From the IMG/VR virus record IMGVR_UViG_3300046820_000335: 64,000 nucleotides of DNA, one strand, 5' to 3'. Positions 9,381-19,055 of this stretch are shown piece by piece (position 1 is the first letter of the stretch; each line of letters begins with the position of its first letter). A program made the translations under genes and the position numbers. Origin of the DNA: an uncultured virus (IMG/VR IMGVR_UViG_3300046820_000335) (taxonomy: Duplodnaviria; Heunggongvirae; Uroviricota; Caudoviricetes). Below the pieces are notes generated by a model that was not told where the DNA came from, made no database searches, and saw nothing but the letters and a program-made list of their open reading frames with translations.

Positions 9381-10553
9381 ATGTCACAACTACTCGAGTC
9401 ACGCTGGTCGGAAACCAAAGAGGCACTATTAGAAGGTCTTCAAGGTAACAAGCGCTCAGTTATGGCAGCTACTCTAGAAAATACCCGTAAGTATTTGGCT
9501 GAGTCTGCTACTGCTGGTGCAACATCCGCCGGCAACGTTGCAACACTTAATCGTGTTATTCTACCCGTCATTAGACGTGTAATGCCAACCGTTATTGCTA
9601 ACGAGTTGGTAGGCGTACAGCCTATGACTGGCCCAGTCGGTCAAATCCATACTCTACGTGTTCGCTATGCAGATAGCTTCACAGGAAGTGCTGGTGGATC
9701 CGCTAGTGCTGGAGAAGAGGCACTAAGCCCATTCAAGATTGCTGAAGGTTACTCCGGTAACGCAAACGGCAAGGCAGATGCAACTGCTGCCAAAGAAGGC
9801 GTTGCTGGTAACAGAATGTCCATTCAGATCTTGAAGCAAACAGTTGAAGCTAAGACACGTAAGTTGTCAGCTCGCTGGACATTCGAAGCTGCACAAGATG
9901 CACAAGCCCAACAAGGCATTGACATCGAAGCAGAAATCATGGCTGCTTTGGCTCAAGAAATCACAGCTGAAATCGACCAAGAAGTTCTACGTAGCTTGGC
10001 TACACTAGCTTCTGGTGCAGGTAACACTGTTGCATTTGACCAAGCTGCTGTAAGCGGTACAGCTACATTCGTTGGTGACGAGCACGCTGCTCTAGCAGTT
10101 GCTATCAACCGTGTATCTAACACAATCGCTCAACGCACACGTCGTGGTGCAGGTAACTGGGCAGTTGTATCCCCAACAGCATTGACAATTCTTCAATCTG
10201 CTACAACTTCTGCATTCGCAAGAACAACAGAAGGTACATTCGAAGCACCTACAAACACCAAGTTTGTTGGTACATTGAACAGCGCAATGAAGATCTATGT
10301 CAACACATATGCTGACGACGATACAGTTCTAGTCGGTTACAAAGGTGCAAGCGAGTCTGATGCAGCGGCATTCTATTGCCCATACATCCCGCTAATGAGC
10401 TCTGGTGTTGTTTTAGACCCAGCAACATTCGAACCAGTCGTGTCCTTCATGACTCGTTATGGATATGTTGAGTTAACAAACACAGCAAGTTCTCTAGGTA
10501 ACGCTGCGGACTACCTAGGCCGTGTAACAGTTGCTAACGCATCTTTCATCTAA
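9381..10553 (+). CDS. gp23: Major capsid protein (T4 gp23-like)
   Basis: ILPVIRRVMP...ELVGVQPMTGPVGQI, EAKTRKLSARWTFEAAQD, EITAEIDQE and FYCPYIPL...DPATFEP..SFMTRYG motifs. Confidence 0.97.
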   Translation: MSQLLESRWSETKEALLEGLQGNKRSVMAATLENTRKYLAESATAGATSAGNVATLNRVILPVIRRVMPTVIANELVGVQPMTGPVGQIHTLRVRYADSFTGSAGGSASAGEEALSPFKIAEGYSGNANGKADATAAKEGVAGNRMSIQILKQTVEAKTRKLSARWTFEAAQDAQAQQGIDIEAEIMAALAQEITAEIDQEVLRSLATLASGAGNTVAFDQAAVSGTATFVGDEHAALAVAINRVSNTIAQRTRRGAGNWAVVSPTALTILQSATTSAFARTTEGTFEAPTNTKFVGTLNSAMKIYVNTYADDDTVLVGYKGASESDAAAFYCPYIPLMSSGVVLDPATFEPVVSFMTRYGYVELTNTASSLGNAADYLGRVTVANASFI

Positions 10554-10572
10554 TCTTAGATGTAACACAATC

Positions 10573-10596
10573 AAAAAGGACCTTCGGGTCCTTTTT
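10573..10596 (+). terminator. Rho-independent terminator with a UUCG tetraloop
   Basis: AAAAAGGACC-TTCG-GGTCCTTTTT after the capsid gene; C(UUCG)G loops are typical of T4-like terminators. Confidence 0.9.
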
Positions 10597-10617
10597 GTTT
10601 GACTTAAATATCTGTGT

Positions 10618-10887
10618 ATGCAGATTGAGTCAGAAAAAGATTTTCCAACAGTACGTCAACAGTGTTCTGCTTGGCGTAAACGATTTCCGATGTTTGCGCA
10701 CGATGTTAATCAAATAGAACATATTGTAGAACATCATATCCAAAACTATAGCATTGCAATGGTCTATTTTAGGCAAACACATAGCAAGGCTTATCTAGAG
10801 AAAGGACAAGCGGAAATAGACGCCATTAATCGCATTTTAGCTACGGTTGAAAAGATTGAGCTGATGTCACTTTTGAGTAGAAACTAA
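10618..10887 (+). CDS. Hypothetical helical protein
   Basis: 89-aa ORF; CTTAAATA box at 10603-10610, no SD. Confidence 0.7.
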   Translation: MQIESEKDFPTVRQQCSAWRKRFPMFAHDVNQIEHIVEHHIQNYSIAMVYFRQTHSKAYLEKGQAEIDAINRILATVEKIELMSLLSRN

Positions 10888-10888
10888 A

Positions 10889-11557
10889 ATGAAGTCTTTC
10901 CACATAGTATTAGGTAATCATAAACTAGGACAAGAACTAGGAAACAAAAATATAGCTATCGCAAGAAACTTCGGGTTAGATGCTAACTTGTTTGAAGCAG
11001 TTCCAGGCAATGATTGTAGGCATATTTTTAAACAGCACAAAGTTAGACCTCCCCAAACACATAAGTTAGGACACCACGGTTGTTTTATGAGCCATTTTCT
11101 GTTATGGAAAAAGTGCATCGAATTAAATGAAACTATTGCAATTTTAGAACATGATGGAATGTTTATAAGAAACCTCCCAGACGATATTGAAGACAACTTT
11201 GTAGACATCTGTAGATTAGACCCGTGTGTATTTTGGAAAGATTCTTACGAAAATGATATTACCGTAGTATTAGATAAACCTATAGAATATTTTAAACCAG
11301 ATACAGTTTACAGAGAAAAAGACTTTGGAAACTTTTACATAGGACAGTACGGATATTTGATAAAGCCCACAGCAGCAGAAAAACTGGTTATACGAGCAAA
11401 ACAGATAGGTGCTCATGCCGTTGACATGTTTATATGTACAAAAGTTGTAGATATCGTATCAGTAACAGCAACTGTAGTTAGATTGGATCCTTTTTACACA
11501 GGCAAGGGAGCGTCATTAAGTACAACTGACGATTTTAATCAAAACATTAATAGATAA
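10889..11557 (+). CDS. Glycosyltransferase family 25-like protein
   Basis: FEAVPG, GCFMSHFLLWKKCIELNETIAILEHD and GYLIKPTAAEKL motifs of GT25 (LgtB/Lic2A-like) enzymes. Confidence 0.8.
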   Translation: MKSFHIVLGNHKLGQELGNKNIAIARNFGLDANLFEAVPGNDCRHIFKQHKVRPPQTHKLGHHGCFMSHFLLWKKCIELNETIAILEHDGMFIRNLPDDIEDNFVDICRLDPCVFWKDSYENDITVVLDKPIEYFKPDTVYREKDFGNFYIGQYGYLIKPTAAEKLVIRAKQIGAHAVDMFICTKVVDIVSVTATVVRLDPFYTGKGASLSTTDDFNQNINR

Positions 11558-11560
11558 ATA
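11553..11560 (+). promoter_or_regulatory. Late promoter box (GATAAATA)
   Basis: Overlaps the GT25 stop codon; heads the tail structural operon. Confidence 0.6.
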
Positions 11561-11625
11561 AAGTATCTAGAAGATTGTGTGGGTGCCACCATGCAGACCT
11601 AGAACGTCACTCAAGGAGAAATCAA

Positions 11626-12009
11626 ATGGCGAATAAACTACCAAAAAGACTATTTGGAACTTTAGGTTCCTCGGCAACACCTCATATCCCAGTTAGAATC
11701 TACCCAACAGGTGGATCAGCTGCTGCTGGTTATATTGTTAATCAAGTCGGAGCAAGAAGATTTAAGTGCTTAGAAACAGTACCGACATCTCCGCCGAATG
11801 CTGCCCAGGTCTACAAAATGGTCCAAGGAACTAACATGGACCCAACGGTTGAAGGAACAATGACTATTGTTGGTCTAATCAACGGCAGTCAACCAGTTAC
11901 ATTAAGAAAGATTAACTTTAGAACTGCATCCGACTTTTCTGGAAACAGATACAAGTGGTCACTAAGTGATGACTCTACAGAAACATTGTTAATTTTAACA
12001 AGAATCTAA
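11626..12009 (+). CDS. Small virion structural protein (hypothetical)
   Basis: ATG at 11626 follows SD AAGGAG (the ORF track's TTG start at 11575 is less likely); beta-rich sequence. Confidence 0.75.
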   Translation: MANKLPKRLFGTLGSSATPHIPVRIYPTGGSAAAGYIVNQVGARRFKCLETVPTSPPNAAQVYKMVQGTNMDPTVEGTMTIVGLINGSQPVTLRKINFRTASDFSGNRYKWSLSDDSTETLLILTRI

Positions 12010-12023
12010 TCTAGGATTTAAGT

Positions 12024-13028
12024 ATGGGACAGTTTGTAAACGTCAACGGTGACTATAACATAAAAACCTTAGAAGGTAGCCAGATTAAACTGGATACTGG
12101 GCCGGGTGTTGGTACTGTTAAAATCACCGGAAACCTAATAGTTGAAGGCGATACATTAACTGTCTCGGCTGAAAATCTTAATGTTAATGATAATGTTATT
12201 ATTGTAAACTACGGTGAAACTGGTGCTGGTGTAACAATGGAGTATGCCGGTATTCAAGTTGATCGTGGAACACTTACTCCATCATCATTGGTCTACGATG
12301 AAGCCGCAGATGTTTGGTTAATAGGGCACGGAACAACACCCGGTCCGTTTAACTATGCTGACAGTGGATTGAGAGTAAGAAAAATTGTAACCAATACAGA
12401 TACAGACAGCGGCGATCTTACATTGATTGGACAGGGCATTGGGGTCGTTAAGGTAACAGGCACATTAAACTATGAGCAGCAGATTACCGATGATGATGAT
12501 ATTCCAAATAAAAAATATGTAGACGATGCTATTCAAAGTAATCCTACATTTCAAATATTAAGGGGTACAGGCAGAGTTGTATCTTTTGACAGCACTGACC
12601 CTTTAGATGTTGGTGATTTTCCAATCGGACCTTACACTAATCAACCTACTGAAAGTCAAATAGGAGTAGTTGTTAGTGATAAAACTGTAACTTCGTTTTT
12701 TGAAAACAGAGTTGAAATCGGTGGATTAAGTATCTTTACAGAAGATCCAACGCCGTACGATATTTTGATGCCCGATGCTGTTGTATTGCAAGCATCAAAC
12801 ACAAACGCAAATATTAAGTTAGAAACCACAGGCACAGGTAAAGTACAAACGTCATATGCAGTCCAGCTAGATCAAATTAATGTTGTGCCAGCTAGTGTTA
12901 GCGGATCTGTTTTATTGTATTCATCAACACCTGGTATCGGAACTAGTGGACTAAACTACGTTAACACACAAAGAACTGACGAGCTTATTGGCAAGAATAA
13001 AGCTCTGCTGTTCAGCATGATATTCTAA
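12024..13028 (+). CDS. Virion structural / fibre-associated protein
   Basis: V.ITGNLIVEG beta-repeat, DDDIPNKKYVDD fibre motif and C-terminal KALLFSMIF helix. Confidence 0.7.
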   Translation: MGQFVNVNGDYNIKTLEGSQIKLDTGPGVGTVKITGNLIVEGDTLTVSAENLNVNDNVIIVNYGETGAGVTMEYAGIQVDRGTLTPSSLVYDEAADVWLIGHGTTPGPFNYADSGLRVRKIVTNTDTDSGDLTLIGQGIGVVKVTGTLNYEQQITDDDDIPNKKYVDDAIQSNPTFQILRGTGRVVSFDSTDPLDVGDFPIGPYTNQPTESQIGVVVSDKTVTSFFENRVEIGGLSIFTEDPTPYDILMPDAVVLQASNTNANIKLETTGTGKVQTSYAVQLDQINVVPASVSGSVLLYSSTPGIGTSGLNYVNTQRTDELIGKNKALLFSMIF

Positions 13029-13037
13029 GAGAAAAAT

Positions 13038-13415
13038 ATGATAACACAAGGAAGAATTACAACATCAACGATTACTAGTCCTACTAGAATCTTTACAGCT
13101 AGTACAACCGGTGCAGTAATCGGTGGTGCAGTAATCGGCCAAACATCTGCAATCACTACAATAGTGTTGTGTAATACAGGAACTCCGGACCTAACTGACG
13201 AAACTGTTGATCTTGCAAATGTCAACGTCTATCTTGTTAAGTCAGGGAATAGTGCAAGCACTAGCAATATTATTGTCAGCAACTTACCAGTTCCGGCAGG
13301 AGAAACAGTATTCTTCAGTGATGAAAGAATCATTTTAGATAGCGGCGATTCTGTCTGGGTTGGCGCAGATGCTGCAAACTTGATTACAGTTACTGTGAGT
13401 ACATTGCCAGTATGA
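13038..13415 (+). CDS. Small beta-sandwich structural protein
   Basis: Same pattern as 20129..20461 and 33911..34231 (I..CN ... VPAGET ... IIL..GD ... VS). Confidence 0.7.
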   Translation: MITQGRITTSTITSPTRIFTASTTGAVIGGAVIGQTSAITTIVLCNTGTPDLTDETVDLANVNVYLVKSGNSASTSNIIVSNLPVPAGETVFFSDERIILDSGDSVWVGADAANLITVTVSTLPV

Positions 13416-13912
13416 AATATCTAAAGACTAAAACCTTATCAAAGTTTTCGGCAAACGATAATGCTTTGCTGATCAATGCCTACGGCCGTGCAGTTTTAGA
13501 TCTTACAGGTGCGTTAAGATTGCCTAAAGGAACTAGCCTAGAACGCCCACAACTTAGCGGCGTTGATACCCCCGGCGGCGCTAATGGCTACATTCGTTAT
13601 AATACAGACACTAACAGTATTGAAGCTTATGTAGCTGGAGTTTGGGAAATTGTAACAGCACCGGGTGTTAGTGGAATACAAAAACAAACACTTGGACCAG
13701 GCGACGATACAACTACTATTTTTGGTCCAATGGATCAAACACCTCCTACAGAAAACAGTGTGTTAGTATTGGTAGAAAATGTATTTCAAATATCGGATAC
13801 TAACTACAATCTTCTGTACAACTACTTGGGATCAGGCGATACTTATATAGAGTTTACTAGCCCTGTACCCTTAGATAAAAATATCACTCTATTGTACGGT
13901 TTCCAGAACTAA
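13412..13912 (+). CDS. Structural protein
   Basis: LRLPKGTSLERP...GYIRYNTDT.SIEAY..W motif common in phage fibres; C-terminal LVLVENVFQI...Y domain; ATGA overlap with the previous gene. Confidence 0.75.
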   Translation: MKYLKTKTLSKFSANDNALLINAYGRAVLDLTGALRLPKGTSLERPQLSGVDTPGGANGYIRYNTDTNSIEAYVAGVWEIVTAPGVSGIQKQTLGPGDDTTTIFGPMDQTPPTENSVLVLVENVFQISDTNYNLLYNYLGSGDTYIEFTSPVPLDKNITLLYGFQN

Positions 13913-13920
13913 TATATTTG

Positions 13921-13928
13921 GGTAAATA
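13921..13928 (+). promoter_or_regulatory. Late promoter box variant (GGTAAATA)
   Basis: Intergenic; followed by TACGTAT, similar to the ACGTAT after the box at 26323. Confidence 0.5.
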
Positions 13929-13955
13929 TACGTATCAAGGATTTGGAGATGCGTA

Positions 13956-16900
13956 ATGGCCCTAATATTAGCTGATCGTGTAAAAGTACGATCAAGAACA
14001 ACCGGTTTATCTGATTTTACTTTAGAAAATACCGTAGATGGATTTCAAAGTTTCGAAGCTATCGGTGATGGTAACACTACCTACTACGGTATAACAGACG
14101 TTGCTGGTAACTGGGAAATCGGAATCGGAACATACACTAGTTTTGGAACAACACTAACCCGAGACACGATAATATCGTCGTCTAACAACGGAAGCAAAAT
14201 AAACTTTCCAGTAGGGTCAAAAAACGTATTTTGCACATTTCCAAGTTCTGCACTTCAAACTATTTCAACCGGCGGGTTTGGAAGTTTTGAGTTTGTAGGC
14301 TCAACGATATCCACAGTTGATAGTTCTTCGATATCAGTAACTCAACCTATTACTTTAGAAAGCAATGCCTTTGTGGGCGGAGATATTTTACCTAAGACTG
14401 ACAACAGTGTTGACCTAGGAAGTCCGACACAAAGATTTAGACATCTTTATGTTGCTGAAGGAACAATTTATATTGGTAATGTTAAGCTAGAAAATATTGG
14501 CGGTAAACTTATTGCTAAGACTGTTATTAATCCCGGTGAAGACGACGAACAAGATGATCCAGACGATAGTGATGCAGCTAGTGATTTTAGAGGCAATGGC
14601 AGCGGAGGCAATATATTATCTAATGGAGACTGGGAAGCAACATTAACCGATAGAGGAGTTTTAAGAGTAGATAATACTGATACTGAACAGAACTATTTTA
14701 AACTTACATCGATTCAAAACGAAAACGATACTTATGGTGTTATGATTGATGTTGACAATCAAGCAGGATGGACATTTTTAGACAACGGTAATATACAATT
14801 CCCAGACGGTACAATTCAGACTACTGCCTATACTGGAGAGGGCACTGTTAGTTTAGATCCCTACAAAGGATTCAAAGTTCAATATGGTAGGATGTACGCT
14901 GATGAACCAACTATCAGTAAGTTAGTGATTTATCAAGACACCTCAACAGAAGTTACCAGTGAAATCGATACCAGCACCGATAATGACTTCTTTAGAGTCT
15001 CAGGCTTGGCCAACTCTGGCATTATTGCCTTAATAAACGTCTATGGTTCCGATAGCGTGGATCCGGTGGCGCTTGCCACACTAAAAACTTTTGCCGAAGC
15101 AGTTATTGATAATGTTATCCTAGATCAAGGTGTTGAAGGAAACTTTAACTCTGCGGACACTATGCGTCAAGCGTTCTACGACAACTATTCTAACTTTGGT
15201 AATCTAGCAGGATCGAAGTTTGTTGACTTCAAGTTTAGTAAACAACTTTGGACAAACTTACAAGGCACAACTAGACAAGGTTCGGGTGCCATGTTTGATG
15301 TAATAGCCAATGATGGCGATCCTGGTGTTTATTCCGTTACTGTAACTAACGGCGGTTCCGACTATATTGTTGGACATAAGATTAAGATCCTAGGTTCAGC
15401 ACTAGGCGGTGTTGATGGAGTTAACGATTTAATCCTTACAGTAGTCCAAGTTGATCCGACACTCGCATTGACTGTAAGTGGAACTGCTGACGGCGGCGCA
15501 CTAACAGTTTATACTAATGTTACTGGTACAAACTATCAAGTTGGTTCAGGTGCTATATTTGCATTATATCGAAATGAGGTTGACGGAGTTCCGCAGTGGG
15601 ACGGATATAGCCAACAGGGATCTAACTATGTAGTAGGTGACGTTATTGTTGTACCAGGTACTAGTGTCGACGGAACATCTCCTACTAATGATATTACCGT
15701 TACTATTAATGGTGTAGATCTAGGTGGTCTTATAAACGGCAGCGTTACTCTTAGCGGAACACTGCCAACAGATGCGAATCCAGACAACAACATTTATGAC
15801 GGTGGAGCCGATCAATACGATACAGCTAACTATATCTTTACTAACCTGCAGGGCGATAGTCGTGAAGCCAGACAGAATGGCGCACCGGTTCAAGACGAAG
15901 ACTGGGCGTTACCATATAATGTTGACACCGTGAGTGACGGTGAAGCATTCTTTGGCACAGGTAGTGAATACACCGTTGTCTACAACGACAGCATCTTTGG
16001 ATTGTTTGTTACAGGTACTGAAATCAACTGGATTGGCACAAACGGTAACAGTGGATTTGATGGCGATGGCGACGCCGACACTGGATCATTATATAACGTT
16101 GCGCCTTTAAATCTAGGTGATATCACATTCAATGGTGTAGATATTCAAGGCAATGGAGACGGTAACGGCAACTTTGGTGCTATTAATCTAGTGCCTAATC
16201 CTACTCTAAAATCAGCAGGACAATATGTAAGTATCTATCCTACTACTAACTACGATGCTCCGCACATTCATATTGCCGCAGGCAGTATCAATGGCACTAC
16301 TGGTGATTTATTCTTAGGCACAGACGATCAATATGTACAGGTTAAGAATGACGGCACAGTTTCAATTCAAACTGTGTATAATTCGGGTGAAGGATTCATC
16401 TACAAAACTTGGCAGTTTAATACTGATGGGTGGCTATCTGTACCAACTAACAAAGGTCTGTTAGGATTGATTGATACAGACATATATGTTCGTGCCCGCG
16501 ACTATGACGATGATGGATTTGGTGTTTATCAACAGGTCACAGACAATACAAATACTGTACTTGGAGAAACAGAATTAAGACGAGGACAGTTTCAAATCAA
16601 CTTTCCGCAATCTGGGAAAAACTTTGATTTTAATGACGATGGTAGACTGAATATTCCTGGAAACATTCTCGGACCGTATGGTAGTAGCAGTAGTTATAGT
16701 ATTCCAGGTGGTGATGGTAACAGCACTATCAGTCTAAAGATTATAGACAACACAGATACTGTACAAACTGCCTTAACGGTTAAGAACAGCGAAATCAAAC
16801 TGGCTACATCTGCTGGGGCGTATAACTTTACCTTTGATAACACTGGTAAGACAACACTGCCAGGTGCTGTGGTTAAAGGCACAGTGGAAAAAGTTGGTAT

Positions 16901-17462
16901 TGCAGATGATGTTGGTACTGCAACCGCTCTGTCAGACGCTACATATCCCAGCCCAATCGTAGATGGAAACTACGGCCCATTTACACTAGGCGTAGTTACT
17001 TTTACAGTAGTGGTTACTAGCGGAGTAGCCGCATATACTGTTACTGCCACATCTGGCAATAGTACGTTGAATGACGGGCTAGGATTTTTAGATGCCGGTG
17101 ATTTAGGTGGTACTCCTGGAAATACTTCGGCTATATCAGTTGCCTCAATTCAACAAGATAGAACACCACTAGATTTGGCCAAATCTATTAACAAACTTAC
17201 TAACAATTTTGATGAGAATAACTATTACCTAGCAGACGGTGTTGAAGGGCAAATCATGTATCTAGTTCCTACACCGAACACAACGTCTCCAGAAAATATC
17301 AAGGTATATGTTAATCACGGTCGCGCCGGGGGTAGTCAGTTTATAAACGGAATATTATATCCATTTACTTATTATGTTGGTTCAGAACAAGTGAACACCG
17401 GCATGTGTACGCTGATCTTTACAGATGATCATTGGCAACAAACTGGCGGATCGTGGGATTAA
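13956..17462 (+). CDS. Mosaic tail fibre / receptor-binding-like protein
   Basis: 1168 aa, G/T/D/N-rich. N-terminal MALILADRVK...WEIGIGTY...LTRDT domain, DLGSPTQRFRHLY and FPDGTIQTTAY fibre motifs, and repeated GS.Y.VGD.I.I.G..LGG....ND modules. Confidence 0.7.
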   Translation: MALILADRVKVRSRTTGLSDFTLENTVDGFQSFEAIGDGNTTYYGITDVAGNWEIGIGTYTSFGTTLTRDTIISSSNNGSKINFPVGSKNVFCTFPSSALQTISTGGFGSFEFVGSTISTVDSSSISVTQPITLESNAFVGGDILPKTDNSVDLGSPTQRFRHLYVAEGTIYIGNVKLENIGGKLIAKTVINPGEDDEQDDPDDSDAASDFRGNGSGGNILSNGDWEATLTDRGVLRVDNTDTEQNYFKLTSIQNENDTYGVMIDVDNQAGWTFLDNGNIQFPDGTIQTTAYTGEGTVSLDPYKGFKVQYGRMYADEPTISKLVIYQDTSTEVTSEIDTSTDNDFFRVSGLANSGIIALINVYGSDSVDPVALATLKTFAEAVIDNVILDQGVEGNFNSADTMRQAFYDNYSNFGNLAGSKFVDFKFSKQLWTNLQGTTRQGSGAMFDVIANDGDPGVYSVTVTNGGSDYIVGHKIKILGSALGGVDGVNDLILTVVQVDPTLALTVSGTADGGALTVYTNVTGTNYQVGSGAIFALYRNEVDGVPQWDGYSQQGSNYVVGDVIVVPGTSVDGTSPTNDITVTINGVDLGGLINGSVTLSGTLPTDANPDNNIYDGGADQYDTANYIFTNLQGDSREARQNGAPVQDEDWALPYNVDTVSDGEAFFGTGSEYTVVYNDSIFGLFVTGTEINWIGTNGNSGFDGDGDADTGSLYNVAPLNLGDITFNGVDIQGNGDGNGNFGAINLVPNPTLKSAGQYVSIYPTTNYDAPHIHIAAGSINGTTGDLFLGTDDQYVQVKNDGTVSIQTVYNSGEGFIYKTWQFNTDGWLSVPTNKGLLGLIDTDIYVRARDYDDDGFGVYQQVTDNTNTVLGETELRRGQFQINFPQSGKNFDFNDDGRLNIPGNILGPYGSSSSYSIPGGDGNSTISLKIIDNTDTVQTALTVKNSEIKLATSAGAYNFTFDNTGKTTLPGAVVKGTVEKVGIADDVGTATALSDATYPSPIVDGNYGPFTLGVVTFTVVVTSGVAAYTVTATSGNSTLNDGLGFLDAGDLGGTPGNTSAISVASIQQDRTPLDLAKSINKLTNNFDENNYYLADGVEGQIMYLVPTPNTTSPENIKVYVNHGRAGGSQFINGILYPFTYYVGSEQVNTGMCTLIFTDDHWQQTGGSWD

Positions 17463-17472
17463 GGAGTAACCT

Positions 17473-18951
17473 ATGAGTGAAATATTTGGCGATAGCGAAC
17501 TAGGCGAAGATAGCGGCGGCAGTGAATCGGGCTATGTTGCACAGCTTGGCCGCATTAGCGGAAAACTTTTAAAAGAAAACTTAATCCGAAATGGTGCAGA
17601 TTTAACTTTTAGAAACGGTGTAGCCGATCCGGATTTACTCTACCTCGATGTAAACAACATGCGAGTCGGTATTAACACTGATTCTCCGATTTATGATCTT
17701 GATATTTCATCAGATATTAGAACAAATGTTGCATCTGTAACAGGACAGTTAAATGTAGACAATGTAATCATTAATGCTGCTGGTTATTTCTCAACTCAGG
17801 TTGGTGCGCTACATATAATGCCTACTAACGGACAAGATATATTTTATAATAGAATAGTTAGTGATGCACTCGACATTAAAACTAATGTTGTTGGTAGTTT
17901 AACTAATCAAAATATTGTTTTAAATCCTAATGGAACTGGTACAATAGAACTACAAGCAGACACTTTTCTAACAGGTGATCTTTCTGTAACTGGCAATATT
18001 CTAGTTGAGGGAGATTTAGGATCGGCTAGTACTATTATTGTAGGCGATAATGTTCTTGATGTAGTTTCTATAACTCCAGATTTTAACCAAAGTATTATTC
18101 CAGGAACAAACAATCTCTATGATCTAGGAACTCCGTTAAAGCGTTGGAATGATATCTATTCTCCAGATATGACTCAGATCAATAATGTTATACCTAGCGC
18201 AGCAGTAGTCAGCGGACAAGTACACATCGACGGTATAAATCGTAACATTTTTGCTATGCAATCTAACGAAGATCTATTGATTAATCCGTCAACTGGCGTT
18301 AACTACATTGAACAGATCAAGATCGAAGGTAATAATCTAACAAACCTAGTATCTGTTTCAGCACTAAATCCTACGGCTGTGGGAGCAGGTATGTTAGCAG
18401 CCTTATCTGGAAATCCGCTCGCAGCATTTTGGTTTAATCCTGCAAGCGGGGATGAATATTTCTTAGGCGGGGGAAGTACTGTTGTTACAACAAGAATAGC
18501 ACAACTTGGAGATATAAGAAATGATCTTGATAATCCCGGAGTGATCAACTCCGACGATGCTGTATTAGTTGCAGAAATATCTAACAGAACCAGCGGAACT
18601 CTGAATGAACAGTTGTGGTATCATAATGTTATCAAACCCTATATCTACAGTGATGTCGATCTAATCGCAGAATATACAAACGGTGAAGCGTTGACTAATA
18701 CTCCATTTACACTAGGATCAACCGGAACTGGTTATGTGAAGTTTGTTGGCTCTAACGGTATGGTTATTCCTTCCGGTACATCTGCAGAAAGAAGTTATAC
18801 AGAAGTCGGTGAAACTCGGTGGAATACTGAGTTACAGTACCTAGAATGTTACGACGGAAATATCTACATTATTTCAACAGGTCCGGGAGAAGTTGTTAGT
18901 ACAAATCTAATGACTGATTTGGCTATTACTAGAGCTCTACTATTGGGTTAA
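17473..18951 (+). CDS. Virion structural protein (paralogue of 19072..20124)
   Basis: GRISG.LLK.NL.R.G.DL.F N-terminal motif, RVGINT.SP..DLD, DLGT..KRW and IPSGTSAER...RWNT motifs; SD AAGGAG. Confidence 0.75.
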   Translation: MSEIFGDSELGEDSGGSESGYVAQLGRISGKLLKENLIRNGADLTFRNGVADPDLLYLDVNNMRVGINTDSPIYDLDISSDIRTNVASVTGQLNVDNVIINAAGYFSTQVGALHIMPTNGQDIFYNRIVSDALDIKTNVVGSLTNQNIVLNPNGTGTIELQADTFLTGDLSVTGNILVEGDLGSASTIIVGDNVLDVVSITPDFNQSIIPGTNNLYDLGTPLKRWNDIYSPDMTQINNVIPSAAVVSGQVHIDGINRNIFAMQSNEDLLINPSTGVNYIEQIKIEGNNLTNLVSVSALNPTAVGAGMLAALSGNPLAAFWFNPASGDEYFLGGGSTVVTTRIAQLGDIRNDLDNPGVINSDDAVLVAEISNRTSGTLNEQLWYHNVIKPYIYSDVDLIAEYTNGEALTNTPFTLGSTGTGYVKFVGSNGMVIPSGTSAERSYTEVGETRWNTELQYLECYDGNIYIISTGPGEVVSTNLMTDLAITRALLLG

Positions 18952-18962
18952 TTTCCAATATT

Positions 18963-18970
18963 GATAAATA
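18963..18970 (+). promoter_or_regulatory. Late promoter box (GATAAATA)
   Basis: Intergenic, about 100 nt upstream of 19072, followed by a structured leader. Confidence 0.6.
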
Positions 18971-18977
18971 ACTTTAA

Positions 18978-19055
18978 TGCAAAGATCGACCAAATTTTTG
19001 CAGCATTCAACTGTGGTAAACCCGCAATGCAAGGTGGTTATCCGTGAAACACGGA
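18978..19055 (+). ncRNA. Candidate structured 5' leader RNA (three hairpins)
   Basis: TGCAAAGAT/ATTTTTGCA, GCATT..GTGG/CCGC.AATGC and TCCGTG/CACGGA stems between the promoter and SD. Confidence 0.4.

Noticed and set aside
11575..11625. N-terminal extension MCGCHHADLERHSRRNQ
   Set aside because: TTG start without an SD; the ATG at 11626 has a strong SD.
13110..13138. 15-bp tandem duplication encoding GAVIG-GAVIG
   Set aside because: Real but only two copies and in frame; most likely a simple slippage event.
18978..19055. Hammerhead ribozyme or known riboswitch
   Set aside because: No CUGANGA core or recognisable aptamer consensus; kept only as an unassigned structured leader.
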